This document shows, one piece after another, positions 30,106 to 40,735 of a stretch of DNA of 64,000 nucleotides. The notes under the pieces are model-generated. The model was not told the origin of the DNA. It did not search any database and saw only the letters and a program-made list of their open reading frames with translations. Numbering within the stretch: the first letter of the stretch is position 1; each line of letters starts with the position of its first letter. Where the stretch lies: the IMG/VR virus record IMGVR_UViG_3300032038_000058. The stretch is one strand, 5' to 3'. Source of the DNA: an uncultured virus (IMG/VR IMGVR_UViG_3300032038_000058). Lineage: Duplodnaviria > Heunggongvirae > Uroviricota > Caudoviricetes. Made by a program: the position numbers and the translations under genes.

Positions 30106-31035
30106 TCAACCCAATTTAACATCAGTTTTTTCTCGAAGAAATATTACTTGTCCAGGGGTAATTCCTAACTGCTTTCTGACTTGTTTAGTTAGAACATTAA
30201 TCATGGTAGGAATATAATTTCTTAATAATGGATGAAGTCTCCCACAGTAAAGAACATCTGTTTCAAAATAAGTCTTACCTCTAAAAACAGTCTTAATCAA
30301 TTGGGGTAATCTCTCCATTAAGTAATTTGTACCACTACCTAAATCCTCCAAGGGCATTTCATATCCTCTAACTAAAAATCTCCAATCTTCAGTAACCTCA
30401 CTAATTCCTAGGTCAAGGGTAGTCAACATTTTTCTCATAGCCAATGACTCATCCTTCTTTAGCTCTAGGTGAGATATTATGAACTCTTCTCCCTGGAAAT
30501 AAATCTCTACGTCTTCTAAAAGATATTTAAAAGTATTGTGCAAACATTCTATTTTCGGGAGTAATAGGTGCTCTCTTCTATCGGGAATTTCAAGGTATAG
30601 TTTATCTATCACCTCATCATCATTTAGCCCCTCTAAGTACCATTTCTCCCCAAACGATATACTTTTATCCCCTAAGATACTAATAAGATTATATGTTGTG
30701 CTGAAAGAAATATTATAATCTTGTTCTTGACTGGATAGATCTTTCTCTATTAAGCTAAGTTTTTCCTCTTCAATAAAATCATGGTTAATTTTTATTGAAT
30801 AGCGGTATACTTTATTGCTTTCGGTCTTCCAACTTATATCATAGGTAAAATCTTTTCTATCTAATAGGAAAGGTCTGAAGTTATTTCTCTGTATTAAGTC
30901 AAAGAAAATTTTATTAGAGGCTATAAAGTTTCTCTTATATTCCTTATCTACATCTAATATACAACTATCATTTGAAAATTCTAAAAAATAATCACGCGAG
31001 TGATCCTTTGTCTTTAATTCTATACTTTTTATCAT
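30106..31035 (-). CDS. Degenerate ABC-ATPase-like protein
   Basis: LGSGT signature-like and LHPLL motifs; no Walker A visible. Confidence 0.4.
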   Translation of the reverse strand: MIKSIELKTKDHSRDYFLEFSNDSCILDVDKEYKRNFIASNKIFFDLIQRNNFRPFLLDRKDFTYDISWKTESNKVYRYSIKINHDFIEEEKLSLIEKDLSSQEQDYNISFSTTYNLISILGDKSISFGEKWYLEGLNDDEVIDKLYLEIPDRREHLLLPKIECLHNTFKYLLEDVEIYFQGEEFIISHLELKKDESLAMRKMLTTLDLGISEVTEDWRFLVRGYEMPLEDLGSGTNYLMERLPQLIKTVFRGKTYFETDVLYCGRLHPLLRNYIPTMINVLTKQVRKQLGITPGQVIFLREKTDVKLG

Positions 31036-31069
31036 AACATATATAAGGAAATAAAAAGAAAAGAGGGAT

Positions 31070-31951
31070 TTAGTTTCCCTCCATAGTTTTTATTAGGTTA
31101 TTATATTTCTCTTTTTCTAAAGGAGTCTCGGCTTGGTTAATTATTTCAGATACTTCGGATTTTATACAATGTTTTATAATGTCTTTAGTATCCTTATAAT
31201 CAAATTCAACCTCCGGCAATATTGATATGAGCTGTGGACATTTCTCTACAGTCAATTTCTTCATAGTATACCAACAACTTATTTTTCCATTTTCTCCCAT
31301 TCTTACCTGAAATATTATATCCGTTGAAACATCAGAGCTACTTGAATAAGGAAATTTTATATCCGCAATACCAACATTAGTATAATCATCCCAATCCAAA
31401 AGTGTATATTGAGATTTCCAAATTTTAAAAGATACATATAAATTATTAGTACATCTTTTATAAATTTTTCCTAATTCGAAATAATCTGCGAACAAAGAAT
31501 TAAGAGTTGTCTTTCCTCCAACTTCCATCTTTATATTATACAATCTTTCACTTATTTCAAAACGAATACTAAGTTTGTTATATCTGACTACTTGATTCTC
31601 ATAACAATCCTTTATCCATTTAAATATTAAATCAGGGTTACCAGTTATATCTATTAGTTTTTGTTTAATTTGATTAAAACTGTTAAAGTTCCCCTTATGG
31701 TATGAAAATGTAAATATCCTAACACCATCACAGTTATAGAAACACCATGAATTTGCCACCTTAGAAGTAATTTCCAGTATATAATCCCCCAATAGGTAAG
31801 TCAGGGAATGAGGCTTGCCAAACTCTAGGTCTTCTCCTTCTGTATATGTAAAGTTTAGGAAATATTTTTCTTTAAGCTTTTGCTTCAGCTCTAGCATTAA
31901 TTCTTTTTCATTCATACTTTTTCTCATTAAATAAGTAACTGGAGTATCCAC
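31070..31951 (-). CDS. Hypothetical protein
   Basis: Long ORF; start uncertain. Confidence 0.6.
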   Translation of the reverse strand: MDTPVTYLMRKSMNEKELMLELKQKLKEKYFLNFTYTEGEDLEFGKPHSLTYLLGDYILEITSKVANSWCFYNCDGVRIFTFSYHKGNFNSFNQIKQKLIDITGNPDLIFKWIKDCYENQVVRYNKLSIRFEISERLYNIKMEVGGKTTLNSLFADYFELGKIYKRCTNNLYVSFKIWKSQYTLLDWDDYTNVGIADIKFPYSSSSDVSTDIIFQVRMGENGKISCWYTMKKLTVEKCPQLISILPEVEFDYKDTKDIIKHCIKSEVSEIINQAETPLEKEKYNNLIKTMEGN

Positions 31952-32465
31952 CTCTTTTTAAAATTTGCCTAAGAATGAAAGATGTCTCAGAGAGTTCAAT
32001 ACTATCAATCAATAATTTTAGAGACTCTTTTTCTTCATCCTCTCTTACTTTAGTAAAATCTATATTTTTTAACTCCTCTAGTATTATTTTATCCTTCTCT
32101 TGGATTCTTATACTTTCTAGTGAAATTATTATATTATGTATATTATTTTTAATAACTAATTCATGCTGTGTATATAGATAACGTGAACATAATATACACA
32201 AGATGATTATATTTAATATAATACTAATAGTTACTGATAAAGTTGTAACAGGATTATTCATTAGGTAAATAGTATTACCTACCAAACAACATATAAAAAT
32301 AAGAGAATAGGTAAATAGTAAGATTGACAAAATTCTCTTTGCCTTCTTATTAAGTATAGTTGCTTCTGCTCTAAGTAATGTTAATATATTGTTCATAGTA
32401 AAATATAAAAAGGAACCCTGAGTTGTTTCCTCAAGATTCCCAGTTTCACTCTTAATTAAGATCAA
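31908..32465 (-). CDS. Hypothetical membrane protein
   Basis: Two TM segments. Confidence 0.55.
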   Translation of the reverse strand: MILIKSETGNLEETTQGSFLYFTMNNILTLLRAEATILNKKAKRILSILLFTYSLIFICCLVGNTIYLMNNPVTTLSVTISIILNIIILCILCSRYLYTQHELVIKNNIHNIIISLESIRIQEKDKIILEELKNIDFTKVREDEEKESLKLLIDSIELSETSFILRQILKRGGYSSYLFNEKKYE

Positions 32466-33144
32466 ATGACTTCCATTCAGCTGCTTTAATTGCTCTATTC
32501 AACTCTGATACTCGTACTTTACCTTCAAACTTTCCTTTTGGGTAATGTAGGGTATTAAGATCTACCTCGATAGGGTTTCTCATGTCTACATCCTCAGTCG
32601 AATAAACAGCTTCCGGTTTTAACCAGATTGCTTCTCCTTCTCCCTCTACTTTTGTTACTAAAAACTTATCCAAAGAAATCAGTATGTCTATATAACTTCC
32701 AGGAGTAAATTTATAATTTCTCCATCTAAGCATATCTCTCAGGTCTACAATTAGGGTTCTTGTAGCCAAAGCAGAGTTGTCTAGTTCAATGAGAGGAAAA
32801 TCATTGTTATTCTCATAAACATTGATACCACTTAGTTTCTTTTCGAAAAAAGTACCTTCTTTTTTTGATAGTAGTTTTTCAATAAAATTTACAGAATTTG
32901 TCTTGATATCTTTCTTACTTTTTAACAATGTAGAAATTATATCAGCATGATTCCAAGATTTTATACTAGCTGAATAGTGATATTTTCCAGTCTTCTCACT
33001 TACTTTTTTCAGCGTGAATAGTGGTGTATGATCTGCTAGCATACTAGGAGAAACTATTTGATAATGATAGTAGGAATCACCCAGACAACTATTATCTAGG
33101 TAGAATGGAAATTGATTTCCAATTAATGTCTTCTGCTTCTTCAT
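32452..33144 (-). CDS. Hypothetical protein
   Basis: Coupled ORF. Confidence 0.6.
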   Translation of the reverse strand: MKKQKTLIGNQFPFYLDNSCLGDSYYHYQIVSPSMLADHTPLFTLKKVSEKTGKYHYSASIKSWNHADIISTLLKSKKDIKTNSVNFIEKLLSKKEGTFFEKKLSGINVYENNNDFPLIELDNSALATRTLIVDLRDMLRWRNYKFTPGSYIDILISLDKFLVTKVEGEGEAIWLKPEAVYSTEDVDMRNPIEVDLNTLHYPKGKFEGKVRVSELNRAIKAAEWKSFDLN

Positions 33145-33419
33145 TTCTTTCTTTTTTGATTATTATTTTTATTTGCAACATACGCTTCTTGTTGGGGTGT
33201 CTTCAGTCTAGTGGAAATTCTACCTTTTGTTAAATCATAAGGACTCATTTCTACTTTTACTCTATCACCTGCCAGTATTCTTATATAATTTTTTCGAATT
33301 TTTCCTGAAATAGTGCATAATATCTCAGGCTCACCTTCAATTTCAAGTGCTACTTTAAACATCGAATTTCCGAGCTCTTGAAGTACCGTTCCTTCATAAC
33401 ATAAACTCTCTTGTTTCAT
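33141..33419 (-). CDS. infA: Translation initiation factor IF-1
   Basis: [15 protein letters not shown] ... [32 protein letters not shown]. Confidence 0.93.
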   Translation of the reverse strand: MKQESLCYEGTVLQELGNSMFKVALEIEGEPEILCTISGKIRKNYIRILAGDRVKVEMSPYDLTKGRISTRLKTPQQEAYVANKNNNQKRKK

Positions 33420-34927
33420 TTTATCTCCAAGTCTTTATCAAATTTAATATCTAAGATTTGAAATTTATTTTTCATTATCTCAGTTTTAAGGTTTTTGGTA
33501 AGATCTTGGCGGAATTTTATCAAATCAGAAAGTGTTATTGTTACAGACATTATATTATTTTCGAGTATTTCACACTTAGTTATGTCCAAGTAATTACCCG
33601 AAACTACCGAACTTAATAACTCTTTTACTGAAGTTAATAGTTCACCTTCGCCTAGTACCTCCTCAAGTGTAACATTCTTCTTTTTAAAGGCTTTATCTTT
33701 AAGTTGAATAGATGTCTTTCGAGGAACGCCTATTTCATGGTATTTGAAATAATCTTCCGCAAAAGCAATATAATTATCAAAGTCACCGAATACTACCTGA
33801 TTCATATTAAATCTATATAGAATTTCTTCACAGATACTTTGTAAGTCTATTCCCAGATCTTTAAATTGTTCTGGATAGTAGAGACTTTGTATTATATTAT
33901 CCCTATCTATGTCATCTAAGAATATTCTCTGTAATGCTTGAACGTTTTCCTCAACGCTTTTCTTATTAGATAAAGTTTTTTCTTTAGGGAAGTAGAATTC
34001 AATGTTGTAAAACTTTACTAAAATATTAGTAAGTTTAGTTTTTATAAATTGAATTAAGATATCCCTGGAAGCATCACTTATTGTTTCCGCCGCTTTATTA
34101 GACCTATAACAATATACATTTAAAGCTTCTTTTAGGGGAACTTTTCCTTTATTGTTATCATTGTTTAGTCTCTGAATCATTTTATCCCTAAAGTCTTCAA
34201 AATGCTCGTCTAGGATTTCTATTTTCTCCCCAGAATCTACCATCAGTGGAAGTTTGTAGAGGACTTGAATATTATTACCCTCATCACTGACAATTTTACT
34301 ATCTAGTGCGTCAATATTAGTTTTAATACCCTTCGCTGATCTTAAGACTAGATAGTTCTCAACCATCTCTTTTTCTTTTAGGTAGTCTGAACTATACTTA
34401 TCTTCTTTATGTGAAAAAACTTTTCCTAGATAAATATAGGTTTCTTTTTCAGAGTCATATCTATGTCCAGGTATCCACTTTCTTGTTTTCTTTAGCATAG
34501 AACAGTTTACTCGGCGAATCATTTCATCAAAACACTCGTCATAAGAATCCATCCCTTCATTAGTGAATTTAACTTCTGTCGGGGAATCGTCAGAAAAGAT
34601 AGGTTCTACTTTCTCTGTAAAACTTCCAGCCGTACAATCTATCTGTGAAATTAAATCCCCAAGACCATTCTCACCAGAAAAATTCTTAACAACATACCAC
34701 ACATCATTTACTAAGATTGATAAAGTTAAGTCTTTCTCTACTCTAGCGTTAAATGAAATTTCATCATTTAGTTCTATTTCTTGATAAGGGCAGTTTTTTA
34801 GGTATTTTTTATAAACCTGTTCAAAATAATTCTTTCCTGCAGGTATTAGACATACTTTTTTTATACTATCTTCAGAAAAGATTATTAATTTTAAATCTGT
34901 TACTAATCTCCAGCTATTATTCATTTG
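33416..34927 (-). CDS. Hypothetical protein with KWIPGH motif (shared with 58729-60108)
   Basis: [12 protein letters not shown]...YIYLG. Start uncertain; ORF track gives 34936. Confidence 0.6.
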   Translation of the reverse strand, partial: QMNNSWRLVTDLKLIIFSEDSIKKVCLIPAGKNYFEQVYKKYLKNCPYQEIELNDEISFNARVEKDLTLSILVNDVWYVVKNFSGENGLGDLISQIDCTAGSFTEKVEPIFSDDSPTEVKFTNEGMDSYDECFDEMIRRVNCSMLKKTRKWIPGHRYDSEKETYIYLGKVFSHKEDKYSSDYLKEKEMVENYLVLRSAKGIKTNIDALDSKIVSDEGNNIQVLYKLPLMVDSGEKIEILDEHFEDFRDKMIQRLNNDNNKGKVPLKEALNVYCYRSNKAAETISDASRDILIQFIKTKLTNILVKFYNIEFYFPKEKTLSNKKSVEENVQALQRIFLDDIDRDNIIQSLYYPEQFKDLGIDLQSICEEILYRFNMNQVVFGDFDNYIAFAEDYFKYHEIGVPRKTSIQLKDKAFKKKNVTLEEVLGEGELLTSVKELLSSVVSGNYLDITKCEILENNIMSVTITLSDLIKFRQDLTKNLKTEIMKNKFQILDIKFDKDLEIK

Positions 34928-35360
34928 ATATTTCATATTTTACTTTGACTTTAACACTATTAAACTTTATTTTATTACCCCCTAGATAATTATAAGCAAC
35001 ATCTAATGCTTTTTTTAAATCTTCTGACGGGTTTTCTATATCTTCTGGGCGTGCGATTGTAATGACTGCTTGTTTAAACTTTTTCTTTGCCTCATCTGGA
35101 CCTATTAAGCTACAACTAAATAGTCTTCCATCTAATAGTTCACAAGCTTCATTGAGTTCTGGAATCTCCCAACATTCTCGATTAAATCTTGCTTCAATGA
35201 AATCTTCTAGTGTATCTACCATATTAATACCAGAAGTAGGTGTTCTTCTGCAATCAACCCAACCGCCTTTCTTATACCAAATCAAGCTTTTGTTCACTTT
35301 TGTTATAAGATTTTTTAAATTCTTCTCCATTGATTTTAAATATAAGTTTGTAAAATTCAT
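34917..35360 (-). CDS. Hypothetical protein
   Basis: ORF; start uncertain. Confidence 0.5.
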   Translation of the reverse strand: MNFTNLYLKSMEKNLKNLITKVNKSLIWYKKGGWVDCRRTPTSGINMVDTLEDFIEARFNRECWEIPELNEACELLDGRLFSCSLIGPDEAKKKFKQAVITIARPEDIENPSEDLKKALDVAYNYLGGNKIKFNSVKVKVKYEISNE

Positions 35361-35871
35361 CCATCCTTTTTTCTTCTATAGATGAAGGTGGATAGTTTAA
35401 TTTCTCTTCATAACATATATAACTTGAAACATAGGAGTAATATCCTCCTTCGGTTTTTACAAGGACACTAACTTTATATTTTTCGCCGGAGATGGTATCT
35501 ATAATTTCGTATTCACCTTCTTCATAATACCAATCCTCGAATTCTGCTAAACCACTAGTCCTTGTATATTCATTTCTAATATAAGGAACCTGGTCGTTTA
35601 TTTTTGCAATTTTCCAATTTTGAAGAGTAAATATCCCCTCAGAAATTATAAAACTGTCAAGTTCCTCTGGAAAAGATTCAGGTATTAATATCAAATTATA
35701 ATCTTTTATCCAAACGAAAGGGTAATTATCAATCATAAAATACCTTTGATATCGGAAATTCGGATCTTCAATAAAATTTTCCTGACATGGTATTTTTCGG
35801 AATTTCTTATCCTCTATTGGGACGATTGAATAAAATTTTTCTTTAGTTATTAGCCTTATCCTCGTATCCAT
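35272..35871 (-). CDS. Hypothetical protein
   Basis: ORF downstream of the radical SAM gene. Confidence 0.55.
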   Translation of the reverse strand: MDTRIRLITKEKFYSIVPIEDKKFRKIPCQENFIEDPNFRYQRYFMIDNYPFVWIKDYNLILIPESFPEELDSFIISEGIFTLQNWKIAKINDQVPYIRNEYTRTSGLAEFEDWYYEEGEYEIIDTISGEKYKVSVLVKTEGGYYSYVSSYICYEEKLNYPPSSIEEKRMDEFYKLIFKINGEEFKKSYNKSEQKLDLV

Positions 35872-36886
35872 TCCTGTATTTATTAAAATAGTCTATTATA
35901 TTCATTTTACTCCAAGAAACCCGATTAAGATCCCTGGAAGTAGGTGCATACTTTTCTTCTACTGCATCAATGTACATAGAAGAACTAAATTCATCACCAA
36001 AATATAACTTATCCCACTCATCTTTTGTTAAACAATCTCGTATCCCTAATTGATCTATTGCAAGATTATCAAATCCTACTATCTTTTTAAATTTTCCATC
36101 AAAAAGATACCTAGATCTATATAAATACTGTTTTAAGTAACTTGACCATTCTTCTAAAGACTTTTCAGGCAAGTTCATAGTTCTAGCTCGACCGAACTGT
36201 TTGAATCCCAATATTAGAATTTTATCATAATATTTACTTTTTAATAATTTTTTCAAGTCTTCTAGTGGGAATAGACCAGCTATTATATGATACACGTACT
36301 TACTTTGATTTCTTCTTCGTAAGTAATACATTGAATCGTTTCCTAGAAATTCTGTAATTGGATCTTCTATGTAATTATCTAGGCTAACTCCTATATTGTG
36401 CGAAATATCTAATAATTTCTTAATTCTATCAGATTTGTATTTTACTTGACCGTGATATGGTGAATCTTCGTTCTCAGGTAAGATTTCTACTTGAGATTGA
36501 ATATCAGAGTATCTAACTGTCACTCGTGGTTGAAAGTTTCTACTCTCACACCATTCTATTAGTTTTATAGTATCTTCGGGAATTTCAAAAATATTTCCAC
36601 CCCCAATAGCAATCTCAATACCAACGTGAGGTAATTGATCTAGAATGGCTACGGTTCTGTTAAAATCAAAACTCTTTCCACTAGGATTACTAGATTCATG
36701 ACAAAAAGGACAGTTATTTAAACATTTATTCGTTATCTTTAAGTCAATTGAATCTGGGAATTTAGGACTTAACTCTTCACCTGCCCTTAATGCCCTTTTT
36801 ACTTTAGTTCCAGTATAATCAAGGTTTACAAAATAATTACCATTTATATAATTACTACTTAGATTATTTGGTCTTTTCTCGTTCAT
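35843..36886 (-). CDS. Radical SAM protein (TNSSS-associated, copy 1)
   Basis: DLKITNKCLNNCPFCH (CxxxCxxC) and EIAIGGGN. Confidence 0.88.
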   Translation of the reverse strand: MNEKRPNNLSSNYINGNYFVNLDYTGTKVKRALRAGEELSPKFPDSIDLKITNKCLNNCPFCHESSNPSGKSFDFNRTVAILDQLPHVGIEIAIGGGNIFEIPEDTIKLIEWCESRNFQPRVTVRYSDIQSQVEILPENEDSPYHGQVKYKSDRIKKLLDISHNIGVSLDNYIEDPITEFLGNDSMYYLRRRNQSKYVYHIIAGLFPLEDLKKLLKSKYYDKILILGFKQFGRARTMNLPEKSLEEWSSYLKQYLYRSRYLFDGKFKKIVGFDNLAIDQLGIRDCLTKDEWDKLYFGDEFSSSMYIDAVEEKYAPTSRDLNRVSWSKMNIIDYFNKYRNGYEDKANN

Positions 36887-37962
36887 ATTTCTCCAAATTC
36901 TTCTGATATAATTGAATAATTAACAAATACTACCTCTTGTTGATGATCATTAATAATCTTGCGGAAGGTTTCCTCTAAGTTCTTGATATACTCTATATCA
37001 ATATCAGATTTATTACCTCCTCTCGATAACTTTAATGACTTTGAAAATGAATTAAGATAATTTTTTGTTAGATTTCCATTTTCAGTTTCCCACAGACTTC
37101 TAACATTATCACTAATCCATAATAACTTACGAGATGTTTCTGGAATGCTGGGATAGTTGGACTCTATTGAGAAAAATGAAAAATTCTTTTTAGGAAAATA
37201 GTATAATATTTTTGAGTTACCGATATCGCTATTTTGTGTCATACTTGTGAATTTTCCATCTTTATAGATAATACACTCAAGTAGTTTTATTTCTGTACCT
37301 ATCACATCTTCATCTGATTCTGGGAATTCTTGAATAGGTATGTCAACTTTTCCTATGTCTCCACCGAACTCTATTGAAATATTTCCACCAACTAGGGGAT
37401 AATTGGGATTAATTAATTCTTTTTGCATTTTAAGATATAAACTTCCCCCATCATCTCCTAAGTATAGCCAAGAATTAGAGTTAAATATAAAATTTTTAAG
37501 AACTTCTTTATTTTCCCAAACATCATATCCTAGGTCGAGACTTTGGTGATCTACTTCAGGCCAATATTCATAAATGTCAAAATCAAATTCGTTTAATCTC
37601 TCTATACTGGTTTCTTGAAGCTCCTTATAATATGCTCCTAACCAATCGAACTTTACACCCTTACAGCCAGTAAACTCTACTAAAATTTCTTGTAAGAGAG
37701 ATAATTTTTCATAATCTTCTCCCCTTATTAAACCACATGCGTACTGAATTTTTTTCAACACACTATTAAATTTCTCATACTCTCTCCCGAAAGAACAGTC
37801 AGAAGAGATATGAATGATGCCTTCTTCGTCCATTTCTAAATCCCATAGTAAACTATCTGGGGTTATGTTATTAACCTCTCTTGTGTTAATTACAATAGAA
37901 TGAGACGAACTACTATTTGTTTCTGGCAAATCTTTTCTAATTACTATTTTTAAATCTTTCAT
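36883..37962 (-). CDS. TNSSS-motif protein, long form
   Basis: N-terminus VIRKDLPETNSSSSHSIVI; stop overlaps the radical SAM start. Confidence 0.7.
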   Translation of the reverse strand: MKDLKIVIRKDLPETNSSSSHSIVINTREVNNITPDSLLWDLEMDEEGIIHISSDCSFGREYEKFNSVLKKIQYACGLIRGEDYEKLSLLQEILVEFTGCKGVKFDWLGAYYKELQETSIERLNEFDFDIYEYWPEVDHQSLDLGYDVWENKEVLKNFIFNSNSWLYLGDDGGSLYLKMQKELINPNYPLVGGNISIEFGGDIGKVDIPIQEFPESDEDVIGTEIKLLECIIYKDGKFTSMTQNSDIGNSKILYYFPKKNFSFFSIESNYPSIPETSRKLLWISDNVRSLWETENGNLTKNYLNSFSKSLKLSRGGNKSDIDIEYIKNLEETFRKIINDHQQEVVFVNYSIISEEFGEI

Positions 37963-38002
37963 ACACTAGTAAGGAATTTAAATGAAAAATAAAGAGGGAA
38001 AA

Positions 38003-38536
38003 TTAAATCCCTCTCTTCTTTTTAGTTTCTTTATCTAATATTTTCAGTAATGTAGGCAATCTGTAGTTACCATCCATTGAGCGTATTAGATCAGCTGCTA
38101 ATTGGTCTGAAATACCTTCTCCTTGAACAAATAAAGGATTAACTACTTCTTTATTTCGGTACACTTTTATACTAATATCATCACACTTACAATAAAGACT
38201 TTTCGCAACTCCTATTAATTTTATATGAGAGATGTTAAGTTTCTTTCTTAAGTGTAAGCCAAGACCATCATGAATACTTCCATCAGCATCTTTCAATCTC
38301 AAGAAACCATCTAAGATTATAAAGTCTATCTTACTTAAGTCTACCTTTTTTAATAAATCTAAGATACATGGAAGTTCTCGTTTGTAGAATTGTCCTGGTA
38401 TATATGGTCCGAAATTATTCTCAGAGATAACTGAAATTATACTACTGGGAACTTTATCTTGCCACGAATTGAATAGTACTCCGACCGTAAAAGCTTTCGT
38501 ATCTGATTCATAAAAAGTATCTATAGCAATAATCAC
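38003..38536 (-). CDS. Endonuclease V-like protein
   Basis: IAIDT, PYIPGQFYKRELP, IILDG, IGVAKS, YRLPTLLKILD. Confidence 0.8.
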   Translation of the reverse strand: MIIAIDTFYESDTKAFTVGVLFNSWQDKVPSSIISVISENNFGPYIPGQFYKRELPCILDLLKKVDLSKIDFIILDGFLRLKDADGSIHDGLGLHLRKKLNISHIKLIGVAKSLYCKCDDISIKVYRNKEVVNPLFVQGEGISDQLAADLIRSMDGNYRLPTLLKILDKETKKKRGI

Positions 38537-38817
38537 AGGTAAGATCTTTTTAATAAAACTTCTTTAGCTGCATTTAATATATCTAATGTAGCCTTATCTA
38601 ACCTACTCTCTGCAGTAAATCGATCAGAGAGGTCAGGGTATAAAGGTGGCAAGTATACACTAAATATATCTACACTATTTTTAGGAAACTTCAAAAAATT
38701 AGATCTATTATTTACTATCGGATCCCAAAGGTCAAATACAGTCACTTGTTTTGACTTGGAACACTTTTCAATTTTTCCTTTTACTTTAGAAATATAACTA
38801 TCAATGTACTGTTTCAT
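38533..38817 (-). CDS. Hypothetical protein
   Basis: Coupled ORF. Confidence 0.5.
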   Translation of the reverse strand: MKQYIDSYISKVKGKIEKCSKSKQVTVFDLWDPIVNNRSNFLKFPKNSVDIFSVYLPPLYPDLSDRFTAESRLDKATLDILNAAKEVLLKRSYL

Positions 38818-39586
38818 TTGTATTTATATCTGTTAAGTCAATTAATTTAAGATCACCAATTTCCTCTCCCATATGTTTCAACTCGTAGAAAGTATCATTG
38901 TCTGTAGCAATAACACTATAAGACCTATTATTCATATCTGAAATAATTAATCTCCAAGTATCTTTATGTTCGTGACGGATTTTTATTTGATTGATTCTAA
39001 ATACAAAAAGTTCGTCAGTATACTCTAAGTCATCAGTGTCTTCTCCCTCTATTTCTTTTGTTGGACGAATAGCTGCTACAATATTCTTCGCATAGCCTAA
39101 AGTATTAACCTGCTCTTTAGATTGTGCAAGGGTTTTAATAGCTTCAAATGGAATAGTGTCTCTATTATCAAACAAATCTCCTACACGTTTATAGTAAGCC
39201 TCTTCTTCGATAACACTCAAGTGATAACTATAAGGAATAAATCTATTCATTGTATTTTGAAGACCCTGCCCCATTACATCAAAACTAAAACCTTCCGGGA
39301 TTATTCTTTCTTCTTTTGGTGTACCTTCGGGAATCCCATTATCTAGTACTTGATATTTAATATTATAAGTCATTGTAACAGGATCATAGTCATTAATACT
39401 TATGACATTAGCTGCCTTAAATGTATTCTTCCACTCTCCCTTTTCATCCTTATTGTAAATTACCAGTACTACCTCCTGACCTATATATTTCAATAGTTCA
39501 CCTCCTCTAGGGATCCATTTTATAGACCCAGAATTAAATCCATAAAGTTCTTTAAACTCCTCAAATTTTGTTTTCTTATTACTCAT
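38801..39586 (-). CDS. Hypothetical protein
   Basis: 261-aa ORF. Confidence 0.6.
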   Translation of the reverse strand: MSNKKTKFEEFKELYGFNSGSIKWIPRGGELLKYIGQEVVLVIYNKDEKGEWKNTFKAANVISINDYDPVTMTYNIKYQVLDNGIPEGTPKEERIIPEGFSFDVMGQGLQNTMNRFIPYSYHLSVIEEEAYYKRVGDLFDNRDTIPFEAIKTLAQSKEQVNTLGYAKNIVAAIRPTKEIEGEDTDDLEYTDELFVFRINQIKIRHEHKDTWRLIISDMNNRSYSVIATDNDTFYELKHMGEEIGDLKLIDLTDINTNETVH

Positions 39587-39675
39587 AATATTTTAGATAT
39601 TAAAATTCATATATAAAGTATTACTGGGAAATTATAAGAGTTTTTTTAATTAAGAAAAGAAAATAGCTCCAGAAA

Positions 39676-40230
39676 TTAATCAGAAACTATTAAAGTATGT
39701 ATTCTATCAATATTTTTTATCTCATCTTCAAATCCTTTGTCTAAGTACTTCCACCCTTCAGACATCTCTATTTCCCCTCCTGCCGTAACATGTTGATTTA
39801 TTCCCATAGGATCTGATTGTATAATTTTCCTTTCTTCTCTAAATGGGTCATCTTCGGAGAATGAAACAATATAATTTGTTCTATATATAGGGTTAATACA
39901 CCTTTTTATCGTTTTTAGTGTTGGTGGCTTAATTTTTTCCACAAAAGAAATCTCCCCGTTAAACTTACAATAAACCCAAACAGTACTATCTGCTATCATT
40001 CGCGCTATTCTACATATTTCAATGTTTTCCTTACATAATAGGCCGTTTAATAAATCATAGCCAGGACCAGACCCATTATTCCAATCTTGTATATAGCTTT
40101 TTGGCAATGCTAATTCTATTGGAACCATAAAATGATAGCTACTATAATGAAATACACTATCTGTTATACTAATCCAATGAATAGTCCTCTTCTTTTTATC
40201 TAAGTTTTCATTTTTCATAAAAAGCATCAC
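39676..40230 (-). CDS. Hypothetical protein
   Basis: ORF after the promoter motif at 40260-40270. Confidence 0.55.
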   Translation of the reverse strand: MMLFMKNENLDKKKRTIHWISITDSVFHYSSYHFMVPIELALPKSYIQDWNNGSGPGYDLLNGLLCKENIEICRIARMIADSTVWVYCKFNGEISFVEKIKPPTLKTIKRCINPIYRTNYIVSFSEDDPFREERKIIQSDPMGINQHVTAGGEIEMSEGWKYLDKGFEDEIKNIDRIHTLIVSD

Positions 40231-40316
40231 TCTAAGGTAAATTTAATCCTTTATATTTTCATATATAAGAAAAAGAAAGGACCAGGAATTTTATCCTAAT
40301 CCTATCTTTAATGCTT

Positions 40317-40730
40317 TTATAATTTAGCTCTTTTTTCAGCAATAAGTTTCTCTAGTTCTTCTGCCGACATTTCTTTAAGCTGAGCATCTTTCTTCTCTTG
40401 CAATAATGTCTCAAGCTTATTGATTTCTGCATTGGCTTTGTATGCTTCAGAACTTGCCTTAGCTTCTGCAACTCGCGTACTGAAAATATCCTTCAGTATA
40501 TTAAAACGAAGGCGAACTAGCTCTTCTTCCTGATTGTTTGTTTTAACCGTTACATCAGAGTTAAGGAATTCTAGATCATCGTCTACTTTTGAAATTTTCT
40601 TTAATTCCTCATGCTCTTTAACAATCAACTCTTTTAATGCAGTTATATTAAGTTTCCACAACTGCTCTACTGTAAGCGGTCCTCTACTAGTGTTAAACCG
40701 CAACTGTAATCTACTTGCTTTTTTGTACAT
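40317..40730 (-). CDS. Coiled-coil phage protein
   Basis: KASRLQLRFNTSRGPLTVEQLW N-terminus, helical C-terminus. Confidence 0.6.
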   Translation of the reverse strand: MYKKASRLQLRFNTSRGPLTVEQLWKLNITALKELIVKEHEELKKISKVDDDLEFLNSDVTVKTNNQEEELVRLRFNILKDIFSTRVAEAKASSEAYKANAEINKLETLLQEKKDAQLKEMSAEELEKLIAEKRAKL

Positions 40731-40735
40731 AATTC

